Made by a program: the position numbers and the translations under genes
Assembly (NCBI GenBank): GCA_963773875.1
Contig: CAVZCV010000003.1
Location: 69,433 to 133,432, forward strand
Direction of reading: 5' to 3'
Source: Pirellulales bacterium
GTDB taxonomy: Bacteria; Planctomycetota; Planctomycetia; Pirellulales; JADZDJ01
DNA: 64,000 nt
Part shown: positions 39,464 to 49,710 of the stretch, piece after piece
Layout of the letters: the number at the start of each line of letters is the position of its first letter
Numbering within the stretch: the stretch's first letter is position 1
The notes under the pieces: generated by a model
The model's database searches: none
The model's input: only the letters and a program-made list of their open reading frames with translations
Told to the model about the DNA's origin: nothing

Positions 39464-40459
39464 TTATTTCCACCGCAGCATTGCCATTCCCAAGCCGCCC
39501 AGGACGAACAAAACGACCGATGTTGGTTCCGGCACTACGGCTAGGCTGCCCGTCGCTTGATTGAACTGATACGTCGCACCATTGGCCGATTTCTCCCAGA
39601 GGCCACTGCCCAAATTGTTGAAGCCATTGACCGTGAACGTGCCCGTGAAAGTCTGGCCACCGGCGGCAGCTGCGACCGCCCACGTGTCGCCGATGTTCGT
39701 GCTCGCCCCGGCCAAGTTGAAGTTAAATGCACCATCGTAAATCGCAGTGCCAGGGCCAAACACTCGGTTATTCACGCCACTTGCGCCAATCACAAAGTTC
39801 AATGCACCGGTGCTATCCAATTCAAATTTGCTGAAGTTCGGAGAGCCGGCATTCAGATTTAAACTGCCCGTCCACGTATTGCCGCCGTTGGTGAAATGCA
39901 GCGTTCGGGCTGCATCCGTATTTCCAGGCGTATCCAGGAACGTATCGCCCGAGCCGCTGATCAGCGAATTGATAAACGTCGGCCCCTGAACATTAAACCC
40001 GCCACCGTTGATGGTCAAATTTCCCGCCAGCGCAAAGAAATCGGCGCTTCCGTTTCCCTGGCGAATGTAGCCGCTGTTGAAAATCATGTTGTTGACGGTA
40101 ATCACATTCGGCGTTGCGGCACTACCACCGGTGCCTTTGAAAATGAGCGATTGATTCAAATCTGTGGCATTGTTGCTGGCGATCGTGAGTGAATCGCCGG
40201 CAAAGGTAAAGTTGGCGTTTGCGGCCGGAGTGCGGAGTAAGTGACCGAGGCCACCCGCGTCGGCATTGGTATAAGCGTTTCCAGCCGACGGCGCCGCAGC
40301 GTTGCTCCAATTACCGGCCGAATTGAACGAGCTGGTGCCGATCGAATCGTTCGCCGTTAGATTCACCGTTGCAGCCTGCGCGACGCCCGCCAGGCTGAAC
40401 ATCGCGATCGCAAAGTTGCAGCCGCGTAACCAACCACGAGTCAAACTTGTCCGAGTCAT
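39464..40459 (-). CDS. PEP-CTERM-anchored secreted repeat protein (beta-helix/autotransporter-like Gly/Asn/Thr-rich repeats)
   Basis: Signal 'MTRTSLTRGWLRGCNFAIAMFSLAGVAQAATVNL'. Repetitive 'TFAGDSLTIASNNATD...NLTINGGGFNVQG'. C-terminal 'SLAVVPEPTSVVLFVLGGLGMAMLRWK' is the canonical PEP-CTERM sorting signal. Confidence 0.78.
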   Translation of the reverse strand: MTRTSLTRGWLRGCNFAIAMFSLAGVAQAATVNLTANDSIGTSSFNSAGNWSNAAAPSAGNAYTNADAGGLGHLLRTPAANANFTFAGDSLTIASNNATDLNQSLIFKGTGGSAATPNVITVNNMIFNSGYIRQGNGSADFFALAGNLTINGGGFNVQGPTFINSLISGSGDTFLDTPGNTDAARTLHFTNGGNTWTGSLNLNAGSPNFSKFELDSTGALNFVIGASGVNNRVFGPGTAIYDGAFNFNLAGASTNIGDTWAVAAAAGGQTFTGTFTVNGFNNLGSGLWEKSANGATYQFNQATGSLAVVPEPTSVVLFVLGGLGMAMLRWK

Positions 40460-41073
40460 GTCACCACTCTCCCATGTCAATAGATGCAAATTCCGGATGT
40501 TAAATCGAGATTGCCTTTCTGCATTATTCCAGTGACCATGATACGTTCGACGAAGGGCCGACAACAAGGATTTTTTTGCGGTTTTTGGCCTCAATTTCCG
40601 TCCCGCACCATTACCGGGATGCGCCGTTTCGTTACACGAATTCTCGGCCAAAACCTGAACTTTTCCCGGCCGGTACACAAGCGTTTGAACAGGCTCTGGC
40701 ACCGAGTGAAGACTCGAACCTCATCGACCGCCTGATCCCAATTCGGCCAACCCAGTCGTTGTCGGTCGACGGGGGTGATTAGCCCGTGATGTTACCTGGT
40801 GTATTAAGATCCCTGAAATGGCCGGCATGGTCGGCACGTGGTTGTCGCTGCGGGGTGTCCTCGGGATCATCAATTTGGACCCGTTTAGAACGTGGCTAGC
40901 GAGCCAATCTTCGGGATTTGCCTTTGAAAGCGCCGCCGGCGAGCTGGAACAGGATTTGCTTGCAAATCTTGATTCCGCTTTAGTCTCGCGTGGTAGTATG
41001 TCGGCTCGCGAAAATCTGATTTCAGCTGCGCAAAAAACTGCCACAGTTCCGGTTCTTGCTGCTGGGAGGAAAC

Positions 41074-42042
41074 GTGTTACTTCATCGAACCAAACCTGGC
41101 CGCTTGAAGGCTCGCAGGTCGCACAAGGATCCTTTCCAAGTCGATGTGATCGCTGGACTGTCTGCGCAACCCAAACATTTGCCTTGCAAGTATTTTTACG
41201 ATCAACGTGGCTCGGCGCTGTTCGATGCCATTTGCAATTTGGACGAGTACTATCTGACGCGCTCCGAACTGGAAATTATGGAACGCTTTGCGCCCGAAAT
41301 GGCCCGCGCCGTTGGACCGGCTGCGACGATCGTCGAGTTTGGCAGCGGAAGCAGCGTCAAAACGCAGCTGCTCTTGGATCAGCTTGGTGCGTGCGTTTAC
41401 ATTCCGGTCGATATTTCTCGCGAACATTTGCAGGCGACGGCGCACGCCCTGACACGGCTGTATCCGCATGTTGCGGTGCGCCCCGTAAGTGCAGATTTCA
41501 CGACCGACTTTGAATTGCCCGCGGTGGAAGGCAGGCGCACGAGTCGCACGGTCTATTTTCCTGGTTCCACGATTGGCAATTTCGAGCGCGAGGAAGCGAC
41601 CTCGCTCTTGAATCGTATCGCCGCTTTGTGCGGTCCCACGGGCGGCCTCTTGATAGGAATCGATTTGCAGAAAGATGTTCAGACGATCGAAGCGGCCTAC
41701 AATGACGCACAAGGGGTAACAGCCCAGTTCAATTTGAATTTGCTCGCGCGGATCAACCGCGAACTTGGCGGCCAATTCGAGTTAACGCAGTTCGAGCATT
41801 CGGCGGTTTACGATCATGATTATCATCGAGTCGATATCCGACTCGTTAGCCGGTGTAATCAAAGCGTGGAGATTGGCGCTGACGTATTCAATTTCCGCTG
41901 CGGCGAATCGATTCAGACCGAATATTCGCATAAATATTCCTTGGACGGTTTCGCAGGGATGGCCGGTGAGGTCGGTCTGCGACTGCAAAAATGCTGGACC
42001 GATCGGCGAGGTTATTTCGCTGTTTTATACATGACTTGGTGA
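41074..42042 (+). CDS. egtD: L-histidine N-alpha-methyltransferase (ergothioneine biosynthesis)
   Basis: GGAGG RBS with a GTG start. 'DVIAGLSAQPKHLPCKYFYDQRGSALFDAICNLDEYYLTRSELEIM' and 'VEFGSGSSVKT' SAM motif. Also 'YFPGSTIGNF' and 'QFNLNLLARINRELG'. Confidence 0.88.
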   Translation: MLLHRTKPGRLKARRSHKDPFQVDVIAGLSAQPKHLPCKYFYDQRGSALFDAICNLDEYYLTRSELEIMERFAPEMARAVGPAATIVEFGSGSSVKTQLLLDQLGACVYIPVDISREHLQATAHALTRLYPHVAVRPVSADFTTDFELPAVEGRRTSRTVYFPGSTIGNFEREEATSLLNRIAALCGPTGGLLIGIDLQKDVQTIEAAYNDAQGVTAQFNLNLLARINRELGGQFELTQFEHSAVYDHDYHRVDIRLVSRCNQSVEIGADVFNFRCGESIQTEYSHKYSLDGFAGMAGEVGLRLQKCWTDRRGYFAVLYMTW

Positions 42043-42047
42043 TCGCG

Positions 42048-43330
42048 ATGAGCGCCACAATTCGACCCGTCCGCCCGAGTGAGCAAACGTCATTGGCAGC
42101 GCGCTACGCCGAAGTGCGCCGATTCACAGAAGAGTTGTGCGCGACGCTGGAGCCCGACGATTGCTGCATTCAATCGATGGCGGATGTCAGCCCCACGCGC
42201 TGGCACCTCGCGCACACCACCTGGTTTTTTGAGACGTTTATTCTTGCGGACCAACCGGGTTACCAGGTGTGCCGGTCCGAATACAGTTTCCTATTCAATT
42301 CGTATTACAACGCCATCGGCGAGCAGTTTCCCGCGCACGGCGTGGATTGCTTTCGCGGCCGACGGTTGCCCAGGTGTTCGAATATCGCCGCGAGATCGAT
42401 GATCGCATGCTGCGGCTGCTATCGGAGGCAGATGACAGTTTGCAGCAGCGTTTGCGCGAGCGACTGGAATTGGGTTTGAATCACGAGCAGCAACATCAGG
42501 AGTTAATGCTGACCGACATCAAACATGTGCTCGCTTGCAATCCGATGAATCCGATTTATCGAGCGGGGCATTTTTCCACTGACGAGCCACCGGCGCCGGA
42601 GTGGGTTGAGTTCGACGAAGGACTGTGCTGGATCGGCCACGACGGAGATGGCTTCGCTTACGACAACGAGCAGCCGCGGCATCGCACCTTTTTGGAAGAC
42701 TTTCAGATCGCTAACCGCCTGGTGACGTGCGGCGAGTACTTGGATTTCATTCACGATGAGGGCTACAAGCGGCCCGAACTGTGGCTTTCGCAGGGTTGGA
42801 ATTTGGTGAACGAGCAAGGTTGGCATGCGCCGTTGTATTGGCGGCAGCGCGAACACGAGTGGCATGAGTTCACCCTGGCCGGCATGCGGCCACTGGTGCA
42901 CGACGCCCCGGTCTGCCATTTAAGCTATTTCGAAGTAGATGCTTATGCGCGCTGGGCCGGCGCACGATTGCCGACGGAAGCCGAATGGGAAATCGCCTCT
43001 GCGAAGGTTCCCGTTGAAGGGAATTGGGCCGATACGCTGATTGCGGCCGATGCGGCTGTTCATCCTGCCGCTGGCGCCGATGGCAATTCACGCCCGGCTC
43101 AAATGTTTGGCAATGTCTGGCAGTGGACGGCCAGCCCCTACGTTGGTTACCCGGGCTACCGCACTGCCGCGGGCGCGCTCGGAGAATACAACGGCAAATT
43201 CATGTGCAACCAATTTGTACTGCGTGGCGGTTCGTGCGCTACGCCGTCGAAGCACATCCGCCGAACGTACCGCAACTTCTTCCCGCCCGAAGCCCGTTGG
43301 CAATTCTCCGGCGTGCGTTTGGCAAAGTAG
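42048..43330 (+). CDS. egtB: Hercynine oxygenase / sulfoxide synthase EgtB (DinB_2 plus FGE-sulfatase domains), with an indel near 42340-42370 as assembled
   Basis: N-terminal 'SPTRWHLAHTTWFFETFIL' DinB-like region in ORF 41991-42479. 'EYRREIDDRML...NHEQQHQELMLTDIKHVL...GWHAPLYW...GNVWQWTASPYVGYPGY...YRNFFPPEARWQFSGVRL' in ORF 42269-43330. Confidence 0.85.
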
Positions 43331-43433
43331 GCGCTGCTATCGCGGCACGCCGCTGCAAAAACTCCGCTGTGCAAAGTCTATTGTCGTGCGGTCGCGGATT
43401 GACTTTGACACGGTCCTTCAGCGGGGTGATAGA

Positions 43434-45013
43434 ATGGATCCCATGACACACAAAAGCCATTCCCTGCGGCGGCCGGAGTTTCCGCGTCGCAGGTACAGCA
43501 GGCTCACCGTCCAGCTCCTGATCGTCGGTTGGCCGATGGTTTGGTTTGCCGCCACTTCCAAGGCGGAAGAAACGGCCAAGCCAGCTGCTGGTGAATCGAA
43601 GCCAGATTCACCGCCGGAGGCGCTCGAGTTCCGATTCAAAGTCGTATCGGCCGGTGGTCAACCTGTTGCGGGAGCTGACGTCCGACCTTGGGCCGTGGGT
43701 GTGCAGAACGGAAGTTTTGGATTGCCGGACAAGGATTACCCGGCCGTAAAGACCGATGAGCAAGGAATGGCGACCATCACCTTTTTGCAATCGGGCGAGG
43801 AGCATACGGCCAGCAAGTTCAAGAATTTGAAGAAGAAAGACATCTCGCGCGTCGCATTCGAAGTGCGGCATCCGGAGCATCCAACCTGGTCGAAGTACAT
43901 TCCCAGCGACGGTAAAGCGCCCATCGTGCTGATTGAGCCGACCACGGTGGAAATTCAAGCGCATCGCCGCAGCGAACTCGCGCCGGCTGATCGACTGTAT
44001 CCGATGCTGGCGGCTGTGGCCGATTACAGCGATTGGTCGGTAGAGAAAGATAAGCTTGTTCTGCGGCGCATTGATTTAGCCAGCGATCAACCGTGGCGAT
44101 GGCTGCGGTTGGTGCACGTTCCGGAAAAAGGGCCGGCCTGGTTTAGCGAGCTCATTGATTTGAAACAGCGCGACGACAATCCGATTTCGATCGATGTACC
44201 GCTTAAGCTCGGCGTTCGCGTGGTCGGCCGTTTGGCCGATACCGTGCCACGACCGGTGAAAAACGGCCACGTCGTGGCGGAAATTGTTCACGGCACCGAT
44301 TGGTGGAACAATTGGTATTGGGCAGCCACCGCCGAAATTGCCGAAGACGGCACGTTCGCGCTGAATTCGCTGCCGACCGATGAGAACCTGCAAATCATTG
44401 CGCTGTGCGACGGTTGGGTTTCCAGTTCGGCATCGGCGGAGTCGGTCAAAGAGTACACCGAGAAATACCATTGGCAGGGCGTGCACTATCAGGGTCCTGA
44501 TACGACATTCGTTTATCCGCAACTTGTGCGTCTGGAGGGGCCGACGGCCGATGTGGAAATGCCGATGGATCCAACGGCGACTTGCGAAATTATGGTGGTC
44601 GATGAGAACAAGCAGCCGATTGCCGATGCAGAAATTCATTTCTGGCCGAATCAGCTATTCTTCAATTCCGGCTCAAACATCGTCGGCGAGGGCAACGATA
44701 CACTGACGGTGATTAGCGAAATGTTGAAATCCGGGAATCATAAGATTCCGCCGTTTGAGAGAGATTTGAAGCGCTACTCGGCAACCACCAACAGCGAAGG
44801 CAAAGCCACGATCGCCAACTTGCCCGCAGGCAAATGGACGGAAGATGCGCCGCGCGCGAGGAGTGGTTTACCGTCTCGCACAAAGGCTATATCGCAGTCG
44901 CAAATTTTCCGAATCCGAAATTTGGACTTGCATCGAAAGAACCCGAGTTGGTGGCGAATCTTACGCCAGGCAAAACCGAACGGGTCGCCATCCAGATGAA
45001 GAAGTTGCCGTAA
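43434..45013 (+). CDS. Hypothetical secreted protein. The C-terminus shifts frame near 44840, and the as-assembled ORF ends at 44999
   Basis: Start 'MDPMTHKSHSLRRPEFPRRRYSRLTVQLLIVGWPMVWFAATSKA' (signal anchor). A long beta-rich body. Frame 3 continues '...EEWFTVSHKGYIAVANFPNPKFGLASKEPELVANLTPGKTERVAIQMKKLP*'. Confidence 0.55.
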
Positions 45014-45054
45014 TTCGGGTCGTGGCAGCGCCAATGACGCCGGCTGTTTCCGGA

Positions 45055-46704
45055 TTATTTTTCCGCCAAGACGGCGTGCACGAATTGGACCACCATCGAG
45101 CCTTCGCCCACCGCCGAGGCAACGCGCTTGACCGATCCGGATCGCACGTCGCCTGCGGCAAACACGCCGGGGCATGAAGTTTCCAATAGAAACGGCTGTC
45201 GATCCGTAACCCATTGCGAAGAGCGCGGCAAGCCCGGGCCGGTGCGGACAAACCCGCGTTCGTCTTTTTCGACTTCCGGAGGGAGCCACTCGGTTCGCGG
45301 CACCGCGCCGATAAAGCTGAACACGGCGGGCGATTTGAGCCGCCGAGTTTCACCCGTCTTGTTATTGAACAGCTCGACTTCATCGAGGTGACCTGCGCCG
45401 AACATTCGTCGGACTTCGGTATTCAAAAGAATCTCGATGTTCGGCGATTGTGCAACTCGATCCGCCAGATAGCTCGACATATCTTTGTATAAGTTATTGC
45501 CACGAATCACGAGATAGACTTTGCGAACCTCGCTCGCGAGAAACACTGCCGCTTGACCGGCGGAATTTCCGCCGCCGACCACGACCACTTCCGAGCCGCG
45601 GCACATTTGCGCTTCGAGCGGTGTGGCGGCATAGTAGACGCCGCAGCCTTCGAACTGTGCACATCCTTCGGCGCTAAGCAGGCGATAGTCGGCGCCGGTG
45701 GCAATGAGCAGGCATTTTGTGCTAACGCTTTCATCGCCGTCGATGTCGAGCAGCATGTGACCATTGTTGAATTTCAAGCTTGTCACTTGAGTGGCGACCG
45801 GCAAACAGGCGCCGAACCGATTGGCCTGCACGACCGCTCGCTCCGCCAACTCGCTGCCGCTAATTCCGGCGGGAAACCCCAAGTAGTTTTCGATCCGCAT
45901 GCTGCGACCCGCCTGACCGCCGGGCGCAGTTCGCTCCAGCACCGCCACGCGTAAACCTTCCGATGCTCCGTACACCGCCGCGGCCAATCCGGCCGGCCCC
46001 CCACCGACGACAATCAAATCGTACACGGTCTTGGCCAGCGGCCGCCGCAGCCCCAGAACTTGCGCCAGTTGCAGGTTCGAAGGATTTCGCAGCAACAGTT
46101 CCTGGCCCCAAGCCACGATGGGCGTGTCTTTTTCGCTGACTTGGAATTGCGCCAGGAGCTGTTTTACCGCTGGATCGGAATCGAGATCGACCCAGGTGAA
46201 GGGAATTCGATTCTTTGCCAAAAAATTGCGCACGCGAAATGTGTCTTGCGAATCGCGCGAGCCAATGACTCGCAGCCCAACGAATTCTCCCGACTCGCGC
46301 AACAACTGGCGCCGGGCAATAAAAGCTTGCAGAATGACATCGGCCAGATCCAGATGCCGATTCAGAAGCTGATGCAACGCCTCGGGCGAGATTTCCAGAA
46401 CGTCGCATTCGCCACGAGCCACGCCGCTCACCAGCGCGGGGCTGCCGGTTAATTGCGCGACTTCGCCCGTGAATTGGCCGGGCCCGTGGACAACAACGGT
46501 TTTGGGCGAGTCGCCGCTAAGATCGATAATTTCAACCTGGCCCGATTTAATAATGAAGAAGCTGTAATCGCGCTGGCCGGATTGAAAAAGAAATTCTCCA
46601 TCGTGCAAATGCCGCAGCTTGGTGTGTGGACACTTGGCAAGTTCGGTGAGTTGCGCCTCTTGTAGCTTGGGAAACGCCGCAGCGTGCAAATTGTGCTCGG
46701 CCAT
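45055..46704 (-). CDS. Cyclic-nucleotide-binding domain(s) fused to a thioredoxin-reductase-like FAD/NAD(P)-dependent disulfide oxidoreductase
   Basis: AAGGAA RBS. Two cNMP-like segments ('DGEFLFQSGQRDYSFFIIKSGQVEI', 'GEFVGLRVIGS'). TrxR core 'YDLIVVGGGPAGLAAAVYGASEGL', redox 'CLPVATQV'-region, 'VVVVGGGNSAGQAA' and 'GVFAAGDVR'. Confidence 0.75.
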   Translation of the reverse strand: MAEHNLHAAAFPKLQEAQLTELAKCPHTKLRHLHDGEFLFQSGQRDYSFFIIKSGQVEIIDLSGDSPKTVVVHGPGQFTGEVAQLTGSPALVSGVARGECDVLEISPEALHQLLNRHLDLADVILQAFIARRQLLRESGEFVGLRVIGSRDSQDTFRVRNFLAKNRIPFTWVDLDSDPAVKQLLAQFQVSEKDTPIVAWGQELLLRNPSNLQLAQVLGLRRPLAKTVYDLIVVGGGPAGLAAAVYGASEGLRVAVLERTAPGGQAGRSMRIENYLGFPAGISGSELAERAVVQANRFGACLPVATQVTSLKFNNGHMLLDIDGDESVSTKCLLIATGADYRLLSAEGCAQFEGCGVYYAATPLEAQMCRGSEVVVVGGGNSAGQAAVFLASEVRKVYLVIRGNNLYKDMSSYLADRVAQSPNIEILLNTEVRRMFGAGHLDEVELFNNKTGETRRLKSPAVFSFIGAVPRTEWLPPEVEKDERGFVRTGPGLPRSSQWVTDRQPFLLETSCPGVFAAGDVRSGSVKRVASAVGEGSMVVQFVHAVLAEK

Positions 46705-46738
46705 ATTTCAGGTTCCTTGGCGGGCGTAGCCATTTGAA

Positions 46739-47026
46739 TTAGTCACGCAAGTATGGCGTGGCCGCTTTGGGCACTGCCAACTCCACTTCATCGACGTAGC
46801 ACCAGGCCCAGCGTTCGCCTGGTTCGAACGACGCCATCACCGGATGGCCGACTTGATGGAAGTGCTTCGTCGCATGACGGCCCGGCGAACTATCGCAGCA
46901 ACCGACATGGCCACATGTCAAACAAAGACGCAGGTGAACCCAGCGCGTGCCGGTCTTCAAGCACTCTTCACAGCCAGTGGATCGCGGCGGAACGGGTTTC
47001 AGACCGATCAAATGTTCGCAGGCCAT
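46739..47026 (-). CDS. UBP-type zinc-finger (Znf-UBP) domain protein
   Basis: GAGGAGG RBS. 'MACEHL...CEECLKTGTRWVHLRLCLTCGHVGCCDSSPGRHATKHF' with Cys/His spacing typical of Znf-UBP. Confidence 0.6.
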   Translation of the reverse strand: MACEHLIGLKPVPPRSTGCEECLKTGTRWVHLRLCLTCGHVGCCDSSPGRHATKHFHQVGHPVMASFEPGERWAWCYVDEVELAVPKAATPYLRD

Positions 47027-47054
47027 ATTTTTCCTCCTCACAGAGCCGCGATTT

Positions 47055-47357
47055 TCAAAATATCAGCACGTGACGGGAAAGGTAATCAGAAAGCGTCAGG
47101 CCCATCAGAATTGCAATCCAAAACAGGCCGGCGCCGACGGCCAGCCACACCAGACGTCCGCTGTGCAGCATATGCATGAAAAACAGGCCGACAAGTGTGG
47201 CCTTTACGCCAGCAATTGCCAGGCCGACGATCAAATGCCATTCGTGAAGTTCTACAAACGCCATTCCAACAGTCAGCAGCGTAAGCGCGATAAGTGCAAC
47301 ATAAACCGCCAGATAGCTGCCGAGGGCCAAGCGGCCGGGTTGGGATTCATCCAACAT
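47055..47357 (-). CDS. coxD: Cytochrome c oxidase subunit IV (prokaryotic CoxD/CtaF family)
   Basis: 100 aa with three TM helices, 'HEWHLIVGLAIAGVKATLVGLFFMHM', immediately downstream of coxC. Confidence 0.75.
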   Translation of the reverse strand: MLDESQPGRLALGSYLAVYVALIALTLLTVGMAFVELHEWHLIVGLAIAGVKATLVGLFFMHMLHSGRLVWLAVGAGLFWIAILMGLTLSDYLSRHVLIF

Positions 47358-47360
47358 AAA

Positions 47361-48032
47361 TCACATCAGCGAGGTTCGAGTGGCTACCAGATACAACAGC
47401 GGCAATAGAAAAATCCACACGACATCGACAAAATGCCAATATAGTCCCCACATTTCGACCGGTGCGTAATACTGTGAAGAAAATCGTCCGCGGCGTGCCA
47501 TCAGCGCGAGCACGGCGATAATGGCGATGCCAATGGTCAAGTGCACCGCATGCAGGCCAGTCATGATGTAATACAACAGCAAGAACAACTGCACGTGTTG
47601 CGGACGCACTTCGCCTCCGCTCCACTGGGCCGGATCGAACGCCAAACCTGGGACGAGCTGCTCGCGGTAGTCGAGATAGTATTCAAGCGCTTTGAGGGCG
47701 AGAAAGGCGGCGCCCAAGAGCGCGGTGAGCGCAAGGTTAACGACCAGCATTTGGCGGCGGTTTGCTTTTACCGCGGCGACGGCCAGCGCCATCGTCAAAC
47801 TACTCGTCAACAAAACGATGGTGTTGATGCCGCCGATCAAGAGATTCAGTCTGTCGCTGGCAGCCGCAAACGATTCTGGATACATGCAGCGATAAACTGT
47901 GTAGACCGTGAACAGTGCGCCGAACACCAAGAGCTCGGTCGCCAGAAAGACCCACATGCCCAGCGTCGTGGTGTCTTCCTGATGTTCAAGCGAATCGAAA
48001 TGGTGCCAGTACACGGCGGCCGAGTTAGACAT
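47361..48032 (-). CDS. coxC: Cytochrome c oxidase subunit III
   Basis: '[18 protein letters not shown]', 'ALKALEYY' and '[14 protein letters not shown]' signatures. It overlaps the coxA end by 8 nt. Confidence 0.9.
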   Translation of the reverse strand: MSNSAAVYWHHFDSLEHQEDTTTLGMWVFLATELLVFGALFTVYTVYRCMYPESFAAASDRLNLLIGGINTIVLLTSSLTMALAVAAVKANRRQMLVVNLALTALLGAAFLALKALEYYLDYREQLVPGLAFDPAQWSGGEVRPQHVQLFLLLYYIMTGLHAVHLTIGIAIIAVLALMARRGRFSSQYYAPVEMWGLYWHFVDVVWIFLLPLLYLVATRTSLM

Positions 48033-49710
48033 CGTACTCGCACTCCTTTTGCAACGCGTATTCGTAGGGAGCGCAAGTCACTACCGGCTGCACTTCGAAA
48101 TTGTGAGGCGGCGGCGGAGAGGAGGTTTGCCATTCCAACCCGGTGGCGCGCCAGGGATTCGCGCCAGCGCGTTTGCCGTACCCCAGCGACCAGAGCAGAT
48201 ATCCCAGCGGTAGCGCATAGCCGACAGCGAGAATCGATGCGCCGGCGGTCGACATGACATTGAGCACTTGAAAGCGAGGATCGTAATGATGAATCCGCCG
48301 CACCATCCCCTGATAGCCGAGCACGAACTGCGGCGAGAACGTGAGAATGAAACCGATGAAAATAATGAGGGCGGCGGTGCGACCCAGCCCGTCGTGATAC
48401 ATGCGGCCCGTCATCTTAGGCCACCAGTAGTGGAGCCCGGCCATGTAGGCCATGACCATGCCGCCGACCATGATGAAATGAAAATGCGCGATGATGAAAT
48501 ACGTATCGTGCACGTGCATATCGACACCCAGCGCCGCGAGAAACAGGCCGGTCAGCCCGCCGATTGTGAAGAGGCCAATGAAGCCGAGCGCGAACAGCAT
48601 CGGCGTGTTGAGCGTGATCGATCCCTTGTAAAGCGTTGCGGTCCAGTTGAAAACCTTGATGGCCGAAGGAATTGCCACAAGATAGCTCAACAGCGAGAAC
48701 ACGAGCGAAGCATAAACCGATTGCCCGGCGACAAACATGTGGTGCCCCCACACCAAAAAACCAATCACGGCAATTGCAATGCTGGAGAATGCAATGAAGC
48801 GATAGCCGAAAATGTTCTTGCGCGAAAAGCAGGGGATGATTTCGCTCACGATGCCCATGCCGGGCAGAATCATGATGTAAACCGCCGGATGCGAATAAAA
48901 CCAGAACAAATGCTGGAACAGCACCGGATCGCCGCCGAGCGCCGGATTGAACACGCCGTATCCAGCGACGCGCTCGACCATGACCAGAATCATCAACATC
49001 GCGAGCACCGGCGTGCCGAGTAGCATGATGATGCTCGTGGCATAAATCGACCACACAAACAGCGGCAAACGGAACCAGGTCAAACCGGGCGCCCGCAATC
49101 GGTGAATCGTGACCACAAAATTCAGCCCGGTGAAGATCGACGAGAAGCCGGCAATCACCACGGCAATGAGCGTCGGCACCACATCGGTATGCGAAGCCTG
49201 GCTGCTGTAGGGTGTGTAAAACGTCCAGCCGGTGTCGACGCCCCCGCTGAAAATGACCCACAGCATCAGAGCAGCGCCGGAAATGTAAACGTACCAGCTG
49301 GCCAGGTTCAATCGCGGAAACGCCAGATCGCGGGCGCCAATCATCAGCGGCAGCGCGAAGTTGCCCAGCACGGACGGCGCGACCGGCACCAGAAAGAAGA
49401 ACACCATGATGATGCCGTGGGCAGTGAACAGCTTGTTGTACGAATCGGCCGTCATAATTGCGCCTTGCGGCGTGAGCAAATTGACACGGATGAGCGTCGC
49501 GGCAATGCCACCGATCACGAACATCAGCGTGATCGAAATCAGATACAAAATTGCTACGCGCTTGTGATCGGTCGTCAACAGCCATGATCGCATTCCGTAG
49601 GCCACGTTCAAATAATTCACGCGCGGCTCTGGCGCCGGCGGCAACGTCGCTTGCGGCTGATACGGCGTGGGGTTTTGCGGCGTTGGTTCGTAGGGGGCAG
49701 CAATGCTCAT
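48025..49710 (-). CDS. coxA: Cytochrome c oxidase subunit I (heme-copper oxidase catalytic subunit)
   Basis: 'FFGHPEVY'-type '[25 protein letters not shown]' and 'WGHHMFVAG'. Also 'HFHFIMVGG' and '[12 protein letters not shown]'. Length 561 aa. Confidence 0.95.
   Translation of the reverse strand: MSIAAPYEPTPQNPTPYQPQATLPPAPEPRVNYLNVAYGMRSWLLTTDHKRVAILYLISITLMFVIGGIAATLIRVNLLTPQGAIMTADSYNKLFTAHGIIMVFFFLVPVAPSVLGNFALPLMIGARDLAFPRLNLASWYVYISGAALMLWVIFSGGVDTGWTFYTPYSSQASHTDVVPTLIAVVIAGFSSIFTGLNFVVTIHRLRAPGLTWFRLPLFVWSIYATSIIMLLGTPVLAMLMILVMVERVAGYGVFNPALGGDPVLFQHLFWFYSHPAVYIMILPGMGIVSEIIPCFSRKNIFGYRFIAFSSIAIAVIGFLVWGHHMFVAGQSVYASLVFSLLSYLVAIPSAIKVFNWTATLYKGSITLNTPMLFALGFIGLFTIGGLTGLFLAALGVDMHVHDTYFIIAHFHFIMVGGMVMAYMAGLHYWWPKMTGRMYHDGLGRTAALIIFIGFILTFSPQFVLGYQGMVRRIHHYDPRFQVLNVMSTAGASILAVGYALPLGYLLWSLGYGKRAGANPWRATGLEWQTSSPPPPHNFEVQPVVTCAPYEYALQKECEYDV

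Noticed and set aside
40818-41513. 231-aa ORF (+) spanning the region upstream of egtD and into it
   Set aside because: Its 3' half overlaps egtD in another frame. Its composition is W/R/C-rich and unlike a protein. Most likely the 40460-41060 segment is the divergent promoter region between the PEP-CTERM gene and egtD.
43041-43433. Upstream extension of the 43434-45013 gene to 43041 (overlapping egtB)
   Set aside because: The extension is Arg/Cys-rich nonsense overlapping the strongly supported egtB C-terminus. 'MDPMTHK' at 43434 begins a signal-anchor sequence.
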